From the NCBI GenBank assembly GCA_965234725.1, contig CBDDUX010000075.1:1-18483 (forward strand): a DNA stretch of 18,483 nucleotides, given 5' to 3'. The notes under the pieces are model-generated. The model had not been told where the DNA came from. It saw only the letters and a program-made list of their open reading frames with translations, and did no database searches. The first letter of the stretch is position 1. Each line of letters opens with the position of its first letter. A program made the position numbers and the translations under genes. The DNA is from Thermoplasmatota archaeon. Its GTDB lineage: Archaea; Thermoplasmatota; Penumbrarchaeia; Penumbrarchaeales; Penumbrarchaeaceae. Positions 16,149 to 18,483 of this stretch are shown piece after piece.

Positions 16149-17108
16149 TCAATTCGTATGTTTTTTCAACTGAGATAATCTCCATTTTACAACTGGATGA
16201 TCGACAAGATTGTTTTTAATATCAATATCCTCAAATAATAATTTCTGATCGAACTGGTGTTCATCATAGTATCTATCGAGAAACATCTTCTCATTATTAG
16301 AAAATGAAAGTATCATATCTACAGTTTCAACACATCTTTGTTTCATCTCATCAAGATCGATCCTGTGATCTCCTCTTTTCATCATCGGGATCAGGAAACG
16401 TTTGATATCTCTTTGGTCAATGCCTCGGATCAGATCTGAATTCATCTTTCTTACATCTTGAGGGGTCAAGCAAAGATTAAAGATTGTAAGTTTTCGATAG
16501 ATATCTTTATCGATTGATTCCTGATCCACTGAAAGATAATAGACATCAAAAAGATCTCTGGGTGTTGCACGAGTTATCAAAGCTCTGGTTTTCTGAGCTA
16601 CCAATTCATTATAGGAGAATGTTGAAAACTCAAAATCACCAAGAATATCAAAAGGATGGTTCACTCTTCTTTTTACAACTGGTAGAAAAGGAATTCTTTC
16701 GGAAAAATTGATCTCAACCTTCACTCTGTCTCTATTCCCTGTAACATCGTCATAAGCGATGATGTATTGTTCCATGGAGTGGTTTGATTCCTGCTTCTCA
16801 AGATCATAATGGAATTCTCTGAAGATCCTGTGGAGAAAGATGTCAATCTTCTCCCTATCTTCCATCATCTCATCTCTATCCAGACTTCCAATGTAGTTCA
16901 GGTCAATATCAACAGATAACCTTCTGATATCCTTGTACATTAATTGTAATGCGGTCCCGCCTTTCAAGAGGAATTTATCTTCAATTCCAGGACCTTTGGA
17001 GATCGTCTCAAGTATTTCAACAAGCCTGTATACCTTTTCAAGAGGGGACCTGATGAAATCTGTTTCCCGAGAAACATTTTCAATGTATTTTCTATCGGGT
17101 TCAGGCAA
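16149..17108 (-). CDS. abiEii: AbiEii-family nucleotidyltransferase (type IV TA toxin)
   Basis: LEKVYRL, LKGGTAL, RLSVDIDLN, KVEIN, K.RAL..R..PRDLFD. TTG start overlapping the antitoxin stop. Confidence 0.9.
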   Translation of the reverse strand: MPEPDRKYIENVSRETDFIRSPLEKVYRLVEILETISKGPGIEDKFLLKGGTALQLMYKDIRRLSVDIDLNYIGSLDRDEMMEDREKIDIFLHRIFREFHYDLEKQESNHSMEQYIIAYDDVTGNRDRVKVEINFSERIPFLPVVKRRVNHPFDILGDFEFSTFSYNELVAQKTRALITRATPRDLFDVYYLSVDQESIDKDIYRKLTIFNLCLTPQDVRKMNSDLIRGIDQRDIKRFLIPMMKRGDHRIDLDEMKQRCVETVDMILSFSNNEKMFLDRYYDEHQFDQKLLFEDIDIKNNLVDHPVVKWRLSQLKKHTN

Positions 17109-17916
17109 ATCTCCTCATCTCCTCGATATTCTTTGGCACTATCAGATTCCATTCCTTGTTTAATTCAACAGATGTCATTTTCAATCTGGGTTGCAGATAA
17201 TATGTCCTTTTCATCTCAGAAGACCTTAACTCGTCGAGAACTTCTATTGGAACATCCATGGTATCTTTTAGTATTGTAAGAATATATCCTGTTCTCCGGA
17301 TAAGGCTCTGTTCTTGAAAAGTATACAGATAATCTAGTAATTTCTTGAAATCCAACTTGTGGAATGTACTGATACTCTTGATCACCTCTTCGATCCCTCC
17401 TCCTTGATCAACAGATCTTATGCAATCCAGGCAAGTTCTCTCCCTATCAGTCACAGGGATCTTGATGCCTTCCCTCATGATCTCCTTTATTCCGAATAAA
17501 TTCTTATTGTTGATATAATAATATTCAACGTTCTGAAATTTAAAGTTCTTGTGACGAAATGAACTGATGAAATAAACCATGTTAAAATATGAATTGGCCA
17601 CGCCATGAAGTTCTAATGCAGAGTGGAAACCGAATGCTCCGTCAATACTCCCAACTTTATAACAAATTAAGTAACGATCAGGTTCAAATCTCGATCCCAG
17701 GTCATCTGGGGGAACACCTGCATAGGTTCCTCTGTATACTCTTATAGCATATCCCTTCTTGACCAGTCGAGTAAGTGTTGATCTTGTTGTATCATAGTTA
17801 TTGGATACCTTTGAGATCTCCTCCAATGAACTTACTTTCTTCTTCACAAGGTAAATATATATACGATGTTCATTTGGAGTAAGCATTACGTCATTTGTGT
17901 TGTATGTAGATGTCAT
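17101..17916 (-). CDS. abiEi: AbiEi-family antitoxin / transcriptional regulator
   Basis: N-terminal wHTH (LTRLVKKGYAIRVYRGTY), FHSALELHG, VTDRERTCLDC, GGIEEV, RRTGYIL, WNLIVP. Start ATG 17916 (17886 possible). Confidence 0.88.
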   Translation of the reverse strand: MTSTYNTNDVMLTPNEHRIYIYLVKKKVSSLEEISKVSNNYDTTRSTLTRLVKKGYAIRVYRGTYAGVPPDDLGSRFEPDRYLICYKVGSIDGAFGFHSALELHGVANSYFNMVYFISSFRHKNFKFQNVEYYYINNKNLFGIKEIMREGIKIPVTDRERTCLDCIRSVDQGGGIEEVIKSISTFHKLDFKKLLDYLYTFQEQSLIRRTGYILTILKDTMDVPIEVLDELRSSEMKRTYYLQPRLKMTSVELNKEWNLIVPKNIEEMRRFA

Positions 17917-18009
17917 GTATACAAATAGCACAATAAACGTAATGGATTAAATAATTTACTTCTCCGAATGTTCCGATTGCATCTGATTTGTATACAAATG
18001 GAACAATAA
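17916..18009 (-). promoter_or_regulatory. abiE promoter with two candidate operator repeats
   Basis: TGTATACAAATAGCACAATAA (17916-17936) and TGTATACAAATGGAACAATAA (17989-18009), 19/21 identical. Perfect palindrome ATTTGTATACAAAT (17986-17999). Minus-strand TATTTAAT at 17946-17953. Confidence 0.6.
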
Positions 18010-18026
18010 GAGAAATAATGAAGGTT

Positions 18027-18205
18027 AGGCCCCCGAAGGAGCCCTTTTCCTTTACTCCCGATCATCTCTCAGATCGGCATCTCAGAGAAATTCTTTCATT
18101 TTTTATACCTTTTTTGACATCTTTGAGGCGCATGCCTCGAAGGTAAGGAAAATCTTTGATTTTCTGGAAGTCTTGAGTCTGTTTTCAAACCCCGTCCCCG
18201 ACACT
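18027..18205. repeat. Conserved ~180-bp non-coding element, copy 2, ending in an exact tRNA-Met 3'-end copy
   Basis: TTCAAACCCCGTCCCCGACAC at 18184-18204 equals 14984-15004 (21/21). The remainder aligns to 15615-15773. Confidence 0.92.
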
Positions 18206-18286
18206 CATACATTATTTGGGTATTATATTAGATTATTAAGCTATTTCTCGATGTCGAGTACGAAACTCGAACCTGTCACCTTATTT

Positions 18287-18433
18287 TTAATTATGAATCT
18301 GCTCATATGCTTGCTTTTCTTCTTCACGAGGACCTGTTTCTTCTGGAGGAACTTCCTCTTTTTGTTTCATATCTTCAGGTTCTTGTTGTCCTTTCTTCAT
18401 CAAGAAAAGGATAGCTCCAATCCCAATTCCTAT
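18287..18433 (-). pseudogene. Possible C-terminal remnant of a membrane-anchored protein
   Basis: Reads IGIGIGAILFLMKKGQQEPEDMKQKEEVPPEETGPREEEKQAYEQIHN-stop (part of a TM helix plus charged tail). In-frame TGA at 18464-18466 and no start codon upstream of the hydrophobic stretch. Confidence 0.45.
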
Positions 18434-18483
18434 CTGGAAAGGCTCACAACATCGTTTACCTTTTCATTTTGATGTTTTTGGCT

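Larger units (their letters stand above)
15005..18205. mobile_element. tRNA-Met-anchored tandem array of small units delimited by tRNA 3'-end copies, no integrase in window
   Basis: Copies of the tRNA 3' end at 15774-15794, 16031-16052 and 18184-18204, visibly more AT-rich DNA, TA cargo, shared ~180-bp end element. Confidence 0.75.

Noticed and set aside
18024..18030. GTTAGGC as a classical integron attC R' box
   Set aside because: Copy 1 reads GTTGAGG, no paired RYYYAAC box was found, and no intI is in the window. The integron comparison is an analogy only.
14984..18204. CRISPR array
   Set aside because: The repeats are tRNA fragments with irregular spacing of 0.25-2.2 kb, and there are no cas genes.
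18184..18205. tRNA primer-binding site of a retroelement (minus strand complementary to the tRNA-Met 3' end)
   Set aside because: The copies end ACACT or ACACCT rather than in a full CCA, so they reflect the gene rather than the mature tRNA, and no reverse transcriptase is present.
18173..18472. 99-aa plus-strand ORF
   Set aside because: It starts inside the non-coding repeat, and its Phe/Leu/Ser-rich composition is typical of an antisense shadow of a Glu/Lys-rich frame.

Overview
Archaeal window, probably Thermoplasmatota-like (inferred from gene families, archaeal tRNAs with a BHB intron, TATA promoters and GGAGG RBSs). Bases ~1-14800 are mostly core genome: tRNA-Pro(CGG), a wHTH-STAND ATPase, a radical SAM protein, pdxT, nadM-cinA(pncC), purB, a three-gene membrane-anchored operon, an FG-GAP surface protein, a lipoprotein and a RelBE-type module. 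After an intron-containing tRNA-Met(CAT) (14887-15003) the DNA turns AT-rich and forms a tandem array of small units, each ending in a copy of the tRNA-Met 3' end. Unit 1 carries a RelBE-type module, unit 2 is a gene-less hairpin cluster, unit 3 carries AbiEi/AbiEii, and further AT-rich DNA runs off the window. Units 1 and 3 end in a shared ~180-bp non-coding element (about 80% identical by hand alignment) whose hairpins are conserved despite sequence change. No integrase is in the window. The main candidate novelty is a tRNA-anchored, integron-like array of TA/defence cassettes. A similar hairpin cluster bounded by a duplicated tRNA 5' end lies at tRNA-Pro. All family assignments come from motif recognition, not database searches.
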